From Bacilli bacterium (lineage in GTDB: Bacteria > Bacillota_I > Bacilli_A > RF39 > UBA660), in the NCBI GenBank assembly GCA_017542465.1, contig JAFXXB010000032.1:10086-74085 (forward strand): DNA of 64,000 bases. Reading direction: 5' to 3'. Below the pieces are notes generated by a model that did not search any database, was not told where the DNA came from, and saw nothing but the letters and a program-made list of their open reading frames with translations. Below are positions 39,762-49,925 of this stretch, one piece after another. Every line of letters begins with the position of its first letter. Position 1 is the first letter of the stretch. The translations under genes and the position numbers were made by a program.

Positions 39762-39787
39762 AAAGACTATTGAAATAGTCTTTTTTT
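39762..39787 (+). terminator. rho-independent terminator after parB
   Basis: aagactat-tgaa-atagtctt followed by tttttt. Confidence 0.7.
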
Positions 39788-39816
39788 ATGCTATAATCAT
39801 GCACGAGTGATGTTAT

Positions 39817-40152
39817 ATGGAGAAATTGAAGTTTAAATTAACTACCAATAATGATGTAGTTATGGATATGGAAAGAGATTATTTTATTAAAGATGATGTT
39901 ATTAACTTTTCTGATGAAATAAATATATATAGATATAATAAAACTAAACATATATTTAATAAGGAAAATGAAGAATCAATTATGAATATTGATATGGATA
40001 ATAATGTAATTAAATTCTATAATAAAGAATTGAAAAAAGAAGTAGAATTACCATTAGATAATAATGATTTATTAATTAATGATAATTATATTAAATATAC
40101 ATATGAAATAAATGATAATGACATTGTTAATATAATTGAAATATCATATTGA
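39817..40152 (+). CDS. hypothetical protein (111 aa)
   Basis: ORF only. Asn/Asp-rich, no family recognised. Confidence 0.4.
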   Translation: MEKLKFKLTTNNDVVMDMERDYFIKDDVINFSDEINIYRYNKTKHIFNKENEESIMNIDMDNNVIKFYNKELKKEVELPLDNNDLLINDNYIKYTYEINDNDIVNIIEISY

Positions 40153-40219
40153 CATCACACATATTTATGATAATATTATTATTGTTTTAGACCGATGGTC
40201 TAATGAAAGGATGATTAAT

Positions 40220-40663
40220 ATGGCAATAGCTAAATTAACTAATGAACAACTTGAAACTATGTCTTATACTGATATAGCAGAGTATGTACTTGAACAAAAA
40301 GGTAAGAAAATGAAAATTGCTGATTTATTTATGGAAGTAATTAAATTAAGAGGCGATGATCCAGATAAAATATTTGAAGCTAAGATTGGAGATTTCTTTG
40401 GTTTAGTTTCTACAGATAAAAGATTTGTTATGTTAGATAAAGGTTTATTTGATTTATCTAAGAAACATAAACATAAAGGTGATTTAAATATTGATGAAGA
40501 AGAAGATGAAGAAATCACTATTGAAGAGGAAACTGAAGAAGAAGACGAAGAAGATGTAATTGATTATGATGAAGCTATCGATGTAGATGATGATACTGAA
40601 GATGATGATTACAAAGACTTAGTTGTATTTGATCCAGATGAAGAAGGTTCTATAGACTTATAG
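40220..40663 (+). CDS. rpoE: RNA polymerase delta subunit RpoE
   Basis: MAIAKLTNEQLETMSYTDIAEYVL... is a HARE-HTH N-domain, followed by a poly-acidic C-terminal tail. The start is at 40220 after an aaagga RBS. The track ORF starts 28 codons earlier. Confidence 0.85.
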   Translation: MAIAKLTNEQLETMSYTDIAEYVLEQKGKKMKIADLFMEVIKLRGDDPDKIFEAKIGDFFGLVSTDKRFVMLDKGLFDLSKKHKHKGDLNIDEEEDEEITIEEETEEEDEEDVIDYDEAIDVDDDTEDDDYKDLVVFDPDEEGSIDL

Positions 40664-40705
40664 CTACATATCCTAATTATTAATAAAATAGAAAGGATGT
40701 TAGTT

Positions 40706-41770
40706 ATGGAGGAAAGACTAAATATAATAGAACAAAGATATGATGAACTAGAAAAGGAATTATCTAGTGAAGAAGTATTATCTGATTATAATAAAATGAG
40801 TAAATTAAATAAGGAAAAATCAGATATTGAAGAAACAGTTATTAAATATAGAGAATATAAGAAATTAATTGAAGATGTTGATGGATTAAAAGAAATGTTA
40901 AATGATCCTGAGATGAAAGATATAGCTGAAGCAGAACTTGAAGAAAATAATAAAAGACAAGAAGAATTAAAACATCAATTAGAATTATTATTAGTTCCTA
41001 AAGATGAAAATGATGGTAAAGATATCATTGTTGAAATAAGAGGAGCTGCAGGTGGAGATGAAGCTAACATCTTTGCTGGTGATTTATTTAGAATGTATCA
41101 ACATTATGCTGATAAAAATGGTTGGAAGACTGAAATATTAGATGCCAATGAAGGAGAAGCTGGAGGATACTCTCAAATTGAATTCTCAATCAAAGGTAAT
41201 AATGTATATTCTAAGATGAAATATGAATCAGGTGCTCATAGAGTACAAAGAATACCTGTAACTGAATCAAATGGTAGAATTCAAACATCTACAGCAACAG
41301 TTGCAGTTATGCCTGAAGCAGAAGAAGTAGATTATGAATTAAATATGGATGAGATAAGAGTAGATATTACTAGAGCCTCAGGTAATGGTGGTCAAGGGGT
41401 AAATACTACAGACTCAGCTGTAAGATTAACTCATATACCTACAGGTATAATTGTTTACCAACAAACTGAAAGATCTCAAATAAGAAATAAAGAAAAAGCT
41501 ATGGAAATCATGAGAGCTAGACTTTATGATTTAAAATTAAGAGAAGCTCAAGAAAAAGAAGGTAATTTAAGAAGAAGTCAAATTGGAACTGGTGATAGAT
41601 CAGAGAAGATTAGAACTTATAATTATCCTCAAAATAGAGTAACAGACCATAGAATTAACTTCTCAGTTATGAACTTAGAAAAAGTAATGAATGGAGATTT
41701 AGATCCAATCATTGATGAATTAATAACTGAAGATACAAAAAGAAAATTACAAGCTGAACAAGAAGGTTAA
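40706..41770 (+). CDS. prfA: peptide chain release factor 1
   Basis: [12 protein letters not shown] (PxT-type stop recognition) and the GGQ motif [16 protein letters not shown]. Confidence 0.95.
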   Translation: MEERLNIIEQRYDELEKELSSEEVLSDYNKMSKLNKEKSDIEETVIKYREYKKLIEDVDGLKEMLNDPEMKDIAEAELEENNKRQEELKHQLELLLVPKDENDGKDIIVEIRGAAGGDEANIFAGDLFRMYQHYADKNGWKTEILDANEGEAGGYSQIEFSIKGNNVYSKMKYESGAHRVQRIPVTESNGRIQTSTATVAVMPEAEEVDYELNMDEIRVDITRASGNGGQGVNTTDSAVRLTHIPTGIIVYQQTERSQIRNKEKAMEIMRARLYDLKLREAQEKEGNLRRSQIGTGDRSEKIRTYNYPQNRVTDHRINFSVMNLEKVMNGDLDPIIDELITEDTKRKLQAEQEG

Positions 41771-41788
41771 TAAACCTTCTTATTTTTT
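41761..41788 (+). terminator. rho-independent terminator after prfA
   Basis: agaaggtt-aata-aaccttct followed by tatttttt. Confidence 0.65.
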
Positions 41789-41842
41789 GACTTTTATTAT
41801 CTATATAGTTATAATAATTCCTTGTCAAAAGGAGAAATTTAT

Positions 41843-42682
41843 ATGATGGATTTTGAAAATATCAATAAACTAACTAATAAGCAAGATATAAGTAGAATTG
41901 ATGATGAATTAAATACTGAAAAAGTGAATGATTATAAAGCATCATATGTTGATTATGATTTTGTTAAAAGTATATCAGATAAAAAAGACAAATATGGTGA
42001 TAGATTTTTAAAATATAAATTTGACTATGATTTTATTATGAATTGTGATCTAAATGAATATATAAAAGATATTAAATCATTCCATGTTATTAATGATTTA
42101 AGATATATTTTTGCTGATTATGCTCATGTATTGAACGAATTAGATAGACAATACTTACAATCAATAGGATATGATAATTATAAACATGAATTATTACTTA
42201 ATCATCAATATGAAGATTTTGATTGGATGGATTATTTATCTGAGGTTAAGTATGGTAAAAGTGCTAGATTAAATTTAAGTTCATGTTTTAGTTGTTTTGA
42301 TCGATTATGGTATACATTATTATGTACTGAAGAACAATTAAAAATGATTGGTATTGAAGATAATAGTTTGGAATTCTTAAAAGATTATTTAAAACTATTA
42401 GGTTTTGAATTAAGAAAGAAATCTTACAAAGAGTTAGGTATTGTTGGTGAGAAACCAAGAATGTATAAGGTAATTTACTTTGATAATGGTAAGAAATATA
42501 TGTTAAAAAAAGAATTAATTGAAGAATTACAAAAGGAACCAATGCATGAAGAGTATACTTTAGATAAAAGTAAGGTATATGATAATCCTATCTTAAAAAA
42601 AGAAAAACTATTAAAAGAAATTGCAGAAAAAGAACAACAATTATCAACACTAGATGAACAAGTAAGAAAGTTTCAAAGGTAA
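41843..42682 (+). CDS. hypothetical protein with a region resembling the RNA polymerase alpha C-terminal domain (HhH) and a C-terminal coiled coil
   Basis: aaaggag RBS, then the ATG at 41843. LNLSSCFSCFDRLWYTLLCTEEQLKMIGIEDNSLEFLKDYLKLLGFEL follows the alpha-CTD pattern. Distant paralog of the next gene. Confidence 0.45.
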   Translation: MMDFENINKLTNKQDISRIDDELNTEKVNDYKASYVDYDFVKSISDKKDKYGDRFLKYKFDYDFIMNCDLNEYIKDIKSFHVINDLRYIFADYAHVLNELDRQYLQSIGYDNYKHELLLNHQYEDFDWMDYLSEVKYGKSARLNLSSCFSCFDRLWYTLLCTEEQLKMIGIEDNSLEFLKDYLKLLGFELRKKSYKELGIVGEKPRMYKVIYFDNGKKYMLKKELIEELQKEPMHEEYTLDKSKVYDNPILKKEKLLKEIAEKEQQLSTLDEQVRKFQR

Positions 42683-42687
42683 TTATT

Positions 42688-43320
42688 ATGGAAAATGAAA
42701 GTTTATATTTTGTAATAATTGGTGAATATTTATACTATGGTACTGAAGATGTAATAAAAAAATTAGATGATACATCTGTTAAAGAACATCCAAATAAGAT
42801 TTGGTACTATGGATTACATGATAGATTACCATTAATAATGTATAAAGTATATCCAATTGAAAAACTAACTGAATTAGATTTAGGACAAAATGTTAATAAT
42901 ACAAGACATATAAGACAATTATTATATAAAGTAGGTTTATTTAATAATATAGATAAAGAATATTTAGATTCTATTGAATTTAAAGATGAAGATTATGATA
43001 TAACAATTAATACTATGGATTTACCTACAAGAATGATTAATTCATTTACTACTACATATAAATTAAAATATATGTGGGAATTATTATTAATAGATGAATA
43101 TGAAATATTTTGTTTAAATAATATTGGTACAAAATCTATAGAAGAATTAAATATATTATTAAGTCAAAAAGGATACAGTTTAAGAAATAGTTCTTTTGAT
43201 ATTAATAAGGCAGATATAATGGATATAAATAGTAATATAGAACGAATTAAAGCAACTAGAAAAATATATATGGATAAGATAACTCAACTTGATAAAGAGT
43301 TAGATTGTGAAGTAAAATAA
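42688..43320 (+). CDS. protein resembling the RNA polymerase alpha C-terminal domain (HhH), with a C-terminal coiled coil
   Basis: DLPTRMINSF....YMWELLLIDEYEIFCLNNIGTKSIEELNILLSQKGYSL matches the L..R..N.L.....L.....E......N.G.KS..E....L...G..L alpha-CTD signature. Confidence 0.5.
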   Translation: MENESLYFVIIGEYLYYGTEDVIKKLDDTSVKEHPNKIWYYGLHDRLPLIMYKVYPIEKLTELDLGQNVNNTRHIRQLLYKVGLFNNIDKEYLDSIEFKDEDYDITINTMDLPTRMINSFTTTYKLKYMWELLLIDEYEIFCLNNIGTKSIEELNILLSQKGYSLRNSSFDINKADIMDINSNIERIKATRKIYMDKITQLDKELDCEVK

Positions 43321-43333
43321 TTATTGTTAATTA

Positions 43334-43366
43334 AAAGGGATAATAAATAATATTATCCTTTTATTA
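43334..43366 (+). terminator. rho-independent terminator (one bulge)
   Basis: aagggataata-aataa-tattatcctt followed by ttatt. Confidence 0.5.
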
Positions 43367-43390
43367 TGCTATAATATGGGTGTGATTAAT

Positions 43391-44104
43391 ATGAATGAAT
43401 TAGATAAACAATTATTAATTGATAAATATGGATCTTTAGATGTTATTAAGGATAAATTAGATAATAATTATCCTATACAATATCTAATAGGATATGTAGA
43501 TTTCTATGGCTATAAGATTAATGTAGATGAAAGAGCGTTAATACCTAGATATGAAACAGAAGGGTTATTAGAAATAGTTATTAATAAGTTAAAGAATAAA
43601 GCTAATTTAAATATATTAGATATAGGTACAGGAACAGGATGTATAGATATAGTATTATCTAAAAAGTTAAATAATCCTAATATTTCAACAATAGATATAT
43701 CATCTGATGCATTAGAATTAGCTAAAGAGAATTATAAATTAAATGATGTTAATAATGTAACAATTATTAACAATGATATATTTAAATATCATACAGATGA
43801 TAAGTATGATCTAATCATATCTAATCCTCCATATGTAGATATAAATGAAGAGGTTTCACCTGAAACAAAGTATGAACCAGAGAACGCTATATTTGCAGAT
43901 AATAAGGGTTTAATCTTTTATGAGTATATAATTAAGGAATCTATTAATTGGATAAAAGATGAATACTTAATAGCTTTTGAAATAGGATATGAACAAGGAG
44001 AGTATTTAAAAGAATATGCATCTAATTATTATCCTAATGCTAATATAGAAATACATAAAGATTTATCAGGAAGAGATAGATATTTATTGATATATAATAA
44101 ATAA
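43391..44104 (+). CDS. prmC: release factor glutamine methyltransferase PrmC
   Basis: LIPRYETE, DIGTGTGCI and NPPY motifs. The start is taken at MNELDKQ. The track ORF starts 5 codons earlier. Confidence 0.88.
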   Translation: MNELDKQLLIDKYGSLDVIKDKLDNNYPIQYLIGYVDFYGYKINVDERALIPRYETEGLLEIVINKLKNKANLNILDIGTGTGCIDIVLSKKLNNPNISTIDISSDALELAKENYKLNDVNNVTIINNDIFKYHTDDKYDLIISNPPYVDINEEVSPETKYEPENAIFADNKGLIFYEYIIKESINWIKDEYLIAFEIGYEQGEYLKEYASNYYPNANIEIHKDLSGRDRYLLIYNK

Positions 44105-44113
44105 GGAGTATAT

Positions 44114-44797
44114 ATGAAGAGTATATTATTATTACATGGATGGAATGATGAAAACTATACATCTCAAACTGATAGTAAAGATGCATGGGATAATAGAAAA
44201 GTATTTGTAGATAAATTATCTAAAGACTACAAAATATATAAACTAAATTTTCCAGGTTTCTGTGGACAACCAGAACCAGATAAAGCATGGTACTTAAAAG
44301 ATTATGTAGAATATGTATTTAAATATATTAAAGATAATAATCTTAAAGTAGATTATATATTAGGATATTCATTTGGAGGAGCTGTTGCAACACTTTATAA
44401 TGTAATGAAGGATCCTACACAAAAGATAATACTTATATCTCCTGCTATAGCAAGAAATGGTGTAACAACTAAAATACATAACAATCCATTAAGAAATAAA
44501 CTAAGAAACATATATTTAAAATATATAGTTAAGAATAAATATATGATACATGGAACTAAATTCTTAAATGATTCTTATCAAAATATATTAAGAATAGAAT
44601 TAATCAAGGAAGTAAATTTAATAAAACCAGACTTATTAACAATTATATATGGAAGTGAGGATAATATGGTTAATCCTAACTATGTTATTAACAATCTTGA
44701 TGAAGAACATAAAAAGAGAGTATATATGGTAGATGGTGGTTCACATGATATTGCCAATTCACATCCAGATGACATAATTTCTATCTTAACAAGATAA
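44114..44797 (+). CDS. alpha/beta hydrolase family protein
   Basis: LLLHGW, the nucleophile elbow GYSFGG, and a C-terminal GGSHD. Confidence 0.65.
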   Translation: MKSILLLHGWNDENYTSQTDSKDAWDNRKVFVDKLSKDYKIYKLNFPGFCGQPEPDKAWYLKDYVEYVFKYIKDNNLKVDYILGYSFGGAVATLYNVMKDPTQKIILISPAIARNGVTTKIHNNPLRNKLRNIYLKYIVKNKYMIHGTKFLNDSYQNILRIELIKEVNLIKPDLLTIIYGSEDNMVNPNYVINNLDEEHKKRVYMVDGGSHDIANSHPDDIISILTR

Positions 44798-44830
44798 ATA
44801 AATGATATAATATATATACAAGGTGATTAT

Positions 44831-46084
44831 ATGAAAAAACTAATAATTAAAGGCAGCAAAGAATTAACCGGAGAAATTCATATTGGAGGAGCAAAGAACT
44901 CAGTAGTAGCTTTAATACCAGCTACATGTTTAACTAAAGGTAAATGTGTTATTCACAATGTACCTAATATATCTGATGTTGCTATGCTTATTCAAATGAT
45001 GGAATACTTAGGATCAAAAGTAACTTATGAAAATGAAGTATTAACTATAGATAATAAAGATTTAAAGGAAAAGCCAATTCCAACTGAATTCTCATCATGT
45101 TTAAGAGCATCATATTATTTCATGGGTTCATTAGGTGGACACTTCAAACATGCTGAAATATCATTCCCAGGTGGATGTACAATAGGCGCTAGACCAATAG
45201 ATATCCATTTAGATTCATTTAAGAAACAAGGATTTAAAGTTGTTGAAAAAGATGGAACTTATACTATGAGTGCATTAAAGATTAAAGGAAAAGATATATT
45301 CTTTGATTTCCCATCTGTAGGAGCAACAATAAATGTTATGTTATCAGCTGTATTAGCTGAAGGAACTACAAGAATTATAAATGCAGCTAGAGAACCTGAA
45401 ATAGGTAATGTAGCTGAATTCTTAAATAATATGGGTGCTATGATTACAGGTGCTGGATCTGCTGAAATAGTGATTGAAGGAGTTAAAGAACTTCATGGAG
45501 CAGAGGTAACAGTTATACCTGATAGAATTGAAGCAGGTACTTACATTATAATTGGTTCTTTATTAGGCAGAAATTTAAAAATATCAGGAATAAATAAAGA
45601 TCATTTAATCTCATTAACATCTAAATTAACAGATGCAGGAGTTAAATTAAAGTTAAATAAAGATAGTATAGTTGTAAGTAAATCTAAAAACTTAAAAGCT
45701 ATTAATGTTAAAACAACATTCTATCCAGGATTCCCTACAGACTTAGGACAACCTATGAGTGCATTCTTAACTCAATGCAAGGGTGAATCTTTATTTGAAG
45801 AAACAATATATGAAAATAGATTAAGACATATACCATATTTAACTACCATGGGAGCTAATATCCAATCATTAGAGAAGAAAGCAGTTATAATTGGTCCATC
45901 ACAATTAAGAGGTAGAAAAGTTAAAGCTACAGACTTAAGAGCTGGCGCGTCATTATTAGTTGCTGGTATGATAGCAAATGGTACTACAGAAGTATTTAAT
46001 GTTGAACATTTATTAAGAGGATATGAAAATGTAGTAGATAAACTTAATGATTGTGGTGCTGATATTAAATTAATTGATGATTAA
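44831..46084 (+). CDS. murA: UDP-N-acetylglucosamine 1-carboxyvinyltransferase
   Basis: 417 aa. GAKNS, the active-site loop FPGGCTIGARPID, and LRGYE. Confidence 0.93.
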   Translation: MKKLIIKGSKELTGEIHIGGAKNSVVALIPATCLTKGKCVIHNVPNISDVAMLIQMMEYLGSKVTYENEVLTIDNKDLKEKPIPTEFSSCLRASYYFMGSLGGHFKHAEISFPGGCTIGARPIDIHLDSFKKQGFKVVEKDGTYTMSALKIKGKDIFFDFPSVGATINVMLSAVLAEGTTRIINAAREPEIGNVAEFLNNMGAMITGAGSAEIVIEGVKELHGAEVTVIPDRIEAGTYIIIGSLLGRNLKISGINKDHLISLTSKLTDAGVKLKLNKDSIVVSKSKNLKAINVKTTFYPGFPTDLGQPMSAFLTQCKGESLFEETIYENRLRHIPYLTTMGANIQSLEKKAVIIGPSQLRGRKVKATDLRAGASLLVAGMIANGTTEVFNVEHLLRGYENVVDKLNDCGADIKLIDD

Positions 46085-46170
46085 ACTTGATTTTAAGGAA
46101 AATAAATGATATATTAATCAAGTAATTATTTCTAAGGCATGAATGTGTCTTGGCGGAAGGAGAGTAATTT

Positions 46171-46374
46171 ATGAAGAAAAATTTACATCCAGAAACAGTA
46201 GAATGTACTTTTAAATGTGCATGCGGAGCTACTTTTAAGGCTATGAGTAATAAGCCAGAACAAAACATTGAAGTTTGTTCAGAATGTCATCCATTCTATA
46301 CTGGTGCTCAAGGTAAGAAGAAAAAAACTGGTAGTATTGAAAAATTCAATAAAAAATATAATCTTGGAGAATAA
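46171..46374 (+). CDS. rpmE: 50S ribosomal protein L31
   Basis: MKKNLHPE...C.C......VCSECHPFYTG. Confidence 0.92.
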   Translation: MKKNLHPETVECTFKCACGATFKAMSNKPEQNIEVCSECHPFYTGAQGKKKKTGSIEKFNKKYNLGE

Positions 46375-46375
46375 T

Positions 46376-46406
46376 AAAAAGACCTTTATACAAGGTCTTT
46401 TATTAT
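46376..46406. terminator. bidirectional terminator between convergent genes
   Basis: aaagacctt-tataca-aaggtcttt flanked by A- and T-runs. Confidence 0.7.
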
Positions 46407-46409
46407 GTC

Positions 46410-47585
46410 TTAATTATTGTGAAAGTCAGGAGTTGTTGTTTCTAAACATTTATTCTTACTCTTATCAAGAGTTCCTTTTTCACAAGTTAATTCATAACTT
46501 TTAATAGTGTAGCATCCGTTATTAGCTGTGTTTCCTAATTCAGAAGCACCAGTGTATTTAGTTCCATCAGGACAAGTATAATCTAGTATTGAATCAACAG
46601 CTAAATCAACTCTCTTGAAACAACGTCCATCATTTTGAATTGTTTGTCCACCCCAAGCTGAGCATCCAGTAGGATTACCATCATATGACTTATTTCTATC
46701 ATATCCGCATAAATTGTCTGCATGATCTCTTTCAATGTAAGTTCCATCGTTTTTACATGTTACGCTTGTTGGATTGCTTGCCCAAGTATAACATTTATCT
46801 GCTTTTTCAGAATATTTAGTTCCATCAGGACAAGTTTTAGTTGGATTTGTATATTTCATACATATTGTATCAGTTGCTCCTAATTCATATCCATCAGGAC
46901 AAGTAGGTAATTGATCGTATGCAGCATATAAAGTTAAATCTTCACAAGTTAATTTAGCTCCAACAAGAATAGCTTTACCATTTTTATCTTCCCATGCTCT
47001 AAATGAATATCCAGATTTTGTTGGATTCTTAGGGAATGATTTAATAGTAACACCATCATTATCACAAGTATAAGTTGTAGTTGATACTTTAGATCCGCCT
47101 TTTGAATCAAATGTAATTTTCATAGTCTTAGCTGTTTTATCTTTCCAATTAGCTGTTAAATTAGTATCTTTATCAAATGTTGTTGTTTCATTATATTGAA
47201 CATCTTCTTCATCAGACCAATATAAGAATTCAGCTCCTTCTTTTTTAGGAGTAGGTAAAGTTACTTTTTCATCCTTTTTAACTTCTATATCTTGGATTGA
47301 ATCTCCTCCGTTAGAATTAAATGTTACTTTAAATACAGTTTTTTCAGTAGTAGTAATTGTAGTAGTAGTAGTTGTATTATTTTTATTCTTATCGTTATTA
47401 ATTAATATTAAAGCAACAACTACATTGATTGCTATCAATAATATGATTCCTATTACTATAATAGCAATTAGTCCTCCTTTTCCTTTCTTTGGAGTTTTAG
47501 GTTCTTCTTTAATCTCTTCAACCTTTACCTCTTCAGCAGGAACTTCTTCTTTTACTTCCTCAACTTTTATTTCCTCGTTTTCCAT
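46410..47585 (-). CDS. membrane-anchored surface protein: two Listeria-Bacteroides (Flg_new) repeats plus a Cys-rich CPDG repeat region
   Basis: N-terminal acidic/KE region, a TM helix and a poly-Thr linker. VTFNSNGG...LTANW and ITFDSKGG...GYSFRAWED..LTLYAAY repeats. Three TCPDG(T/Y) modules. Confidence 0.7.
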   Translation of the reverse strand: MENEEIKVEEVKEEVPAEEVKVEEIKEEPKTPKKGKGGLIAIIVIGIILLIAINVVVALILINNDKNKNNTTTTTTITTTEKTVFKVTFNSNGGDSIQDIEVKKDEKVTLPTPKKEGAEFLYWSDEEDVQYNETTTFDKDTNLTANWKDKTAKTMKITFDSKGGSKVSTTTYTCDNDGVTIKSFPKNPTKSGYSFRAWEDKNGKAILVGAKLTCEDLTLYAAYDQLPTCPDGYELGATDTICMKYTNPTKTCPDGTKYSEKADKCYTWASNPTSVTCKNDGTYIERDHADNLCGYDRNKSYDGNPTGCSAWGGQTIQNDGRCFKRVDLAVDSILDYTCPDGTKYTGASELGNTANNGCYTIKSYELTCEKGTLDKSKNKCLETTTPDFHNN

Positions 47586-47633
47586 TTCTTTCTCCTTTCC
47601 TATTATATATATTAATTATATTTTATATTTATA

Positions 47634-47662
47634 ATTAAAAAAAGTCTATTGTTTAGACTTTT
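47634..47662 (-). terminator. rho-independent terminator after the glycosyltransferase gene
   Basis: On the minus strand: AAAGUCUA-AACA-AUAGACUUU followed by UUUU. Confidence 0.6.
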
Positions 47663-48824
47663 TATTAATTTCATCAATATATAGATTATAAGTTTCTTTA
47701 GCTATCTTATCCCATGGTTTACCAAGCATTTCTTTAGCATTCTTCGATACTTCTTTTAAATGTTTAGGATTATCTAATATTTCTTTAATCTTTTCTTTAT
47801 AAACATGTTCATCTAATTCACATGTGAATCCTGATATATCATTTTCTACTGTATCAGATGTAACTGATCCATCAATAAATAATCCTGGTGTCTCATTTAT
47901 AGCAGCTTCTATTTGAACAAGAGATGATGCATCAAATAATGATGGGAATAAGAATAAATCTGCCCTTGCATATATTGCAGATAGATGAGTTCTATCATCT
48001 ATTCTACCAGTTGTGATTACACAGTCTTCCATTTCATATTCTTTTATTTTATTTGTAAGCTTCTTTAAGTCTTCACCTTCACCTACATATATCATCTTAA
48101 ATTTATATCCATCTTCTTTTAATAGTTTAAGAGAATCTAATATAAAGAATATATTCTTAATTGATGTAATTCTACCGACAAACAATAATACTTTATCGTC
48201 TTTCTTTAAATCATATATCTCGTTTATCTTTTTAATATTTTCTTCTTTATTCTCTAAAGGTTTAAGATCTGTTCCATTATAGATGACTACAGGTTCTCCT
48301 GTATATCCATAATCTCTAAATACTTTAATCATAGCATTATTGATTGCAATACATCTATCAGCTTCATTATAAGGTTTAATAATTTGTCTTATAACTGTAT
48401 CTGATACTAATCTACTATTAATCTTCTTTCTAAATTCTATATCAAATCTAGTATGTATTGTAGCTATACAAGGAATATTACATTCTTTAGCTACTTTTAA
48501 TCCTAAAGCACCAACAGTAAATGGTGAATGAATATGAATTACATCAAAATTCATATCTACTAGTTTCTTAAAGTCTTTTGATATTAACTTGAATTGAGGT
48601 AATCCTATATTATATTCTGTTGTTGGTACAGGAATACTCTTAATTCTTACTATATTATATGGTTTTTTACCATCATCAGCTCTACTCTTAGTATTTGGTA
48701 CAACTACAGTAACATCATTATCTTTAGATAATTCTCTAGCTAAATTATCAATAACTACTATTACTCCATTTATATTTGGATAATAATCATCCATAAATAT
48801 ACCAATATTTAATCTTTTTTTCAT
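47646..48824 (-). CDS. family 4 glycosyltransferase (glycolipid synthase-like)
   Basis: 392 aa. GT-B/GT4 features: N-terminal GI....YYPNINGV and a C-terminal E(x7)E-type SLVQIEAAINETPG. Confidence 0.75.
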   Translation of the reverse strand: MKKRLNIGIFMDDYYPNINGVIVVIDNLARELSKDNDVTVVVPNTKSRADDGKKPYNIVRIKSIPVPTTEYNIGLPQFKLISKDFKKLVDMNFDVIHIHSPFTVGALGLKVAKECNIPCIATIHTRFDIEFRKKINSRLVSDTVIRQIIKPYNEADRCIAINNAMIKVFRDYGYTGEPVVIYNGTDLKPLENKEENIKKINEIYDLKKDDKVLLFVGRITSIKNIFFILDSLKLLKEDGYKFKMIYVGEGEDLKKLTNKIKEYEMEDCVITTGRIDDRTHLSAIYARADLFLFPSLFDASSLVQIEAAINETPGLFIDGSVTSDTVENDISGFTCELDEHVYKEKIKEILDNPKHLKEVSKNAKEMLGKPWDKIAKETYNLYIDEINKKSKQ

Positions 48825-48929
48825 ATTATCACCTTATATATCTATTATATTATAAAAATGTATAGTAAAATATATTTTTACCAATTATTATGTCTATTAA
48901 TGATATAATATAATTAGGGATGAGTGCAT

Positions 48930-49925
48930 ATGGGAAAGATTGGATATATATTTCAACGTATAATTCATTTAAACTATGGTAACATGTTTAAGACTATTAA
49001 CATGGTGCATGATATTAATCATAAGAATAGAATAGGTATATTCTTTGATTGGGTTCATTGTGCACGTAAATATGGAGCAGGCTATGTTGATTATTATCAA
49101 TTTAGAATGTTTGATATGAATGAAGATGAAAGAAAAACAATTATTACTCGTGGAATCAATAATGACATCGTAAAAAGATTTAATGATCCAACAAAGATAA
49201 ACATATTTGAAGATAAAGCTTTATTTAATAAACTATTTGATAAATACCTTAATAGAGAATGGATTTATCTAAAAGAAGCTTCTGTAGATGACTTTAAGAA
49301 ATACCTTAAGGGTAAAAAAGAAGTAGTAGTTAAACCTTTAGATTTATCCTGTGGTAAAGGTGTAGATAAAATTAAAGTACCAAAAGATGTTGAAAAGTTA
49401 TATAATAAGTTAATCGAATCTGGACAAACATTGGTAGAAGATGTTGCTGAACAACATCATTTACTTAATGAAGTTTATCCACATTCAGTTAATACATTAA
49501 GAATAGTTACATTAAATAAGAAAGTAGTTACAGCTTATCTTAGAATAGGTAATCATGGTAATGTAGTAGATAATTTTAATCATGGTGGTATGGTTACAGC
49601 TATTGATGTAGATACAGGTATGATTAATTATCCAGCTATAGATAAGGATACAAATGTATTTGAAGTACATCCTGAAACTAAATATAAGATCGTAGGTATT
49701 AAAATACCTATGTGGGATAAGGTTAAACAAATATGTATAGATGCATGTGATGTTGTACCTGAAGTTGGATATATTGCATGGGATGTATGTTTAGGAGAGA
49801 AAAAGCCATGTCTTATTGAGGGAAATGATTTCCCAGGACATGATTTATATGAACTTCCAGTTCATAAAAAAGATAAATATGGTTTGTTACCAAGATTTGA
49901 AGAAGCTATGAAGGAGGAAAAATAA
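48930..49925 (+). CDS. sugar-transfer-associated ATP-grasp family protein
   Basis: VVKP...CGKGV, VEDV..QH and LIEGNDFPGHDLY patterns of ATPgrasp_ST/TupA-like proteins. The start is taken at the ATG at 48930. Confidence 0.5.
   Translation: MGKIGYIFQRIIHLNYGNMFKTINMVHDINHKNRIGIFFDWVHCARKYGAGYVDYYQFRMFDMNEDERKTIITRGINNDIVKRFNDPTKINIFEDKALFNKLFDKYLNREWIYLKEASVDDFKKYLKGKKEVVVKPLDLSCGKGVDKIKVPKDVEKLYNKLIESGQTLVEDVAEQHHLLNEVYPHSVNTLRIVTLNKKVVTAYLRIGNHGNVVDNFNHGGMVTAIDVDTGMINYPAIDKDTNVFEVHPETKYKIVGIKIPMWDKVKQICIDACDVVPEVGYIAWDVCLGEKKPCLIEGNDFPGHDLYELPVHKKDKYGLLPRFEEAMKEEK

Noticed and set aside
46065-46504. ORFs 46065-46268 (minus) and 46268-46504 (plus) around rpmE
   Set aside because: They overlap the clearly identified L31 gene or its terminator in other frames or on the other strand, and have no support.
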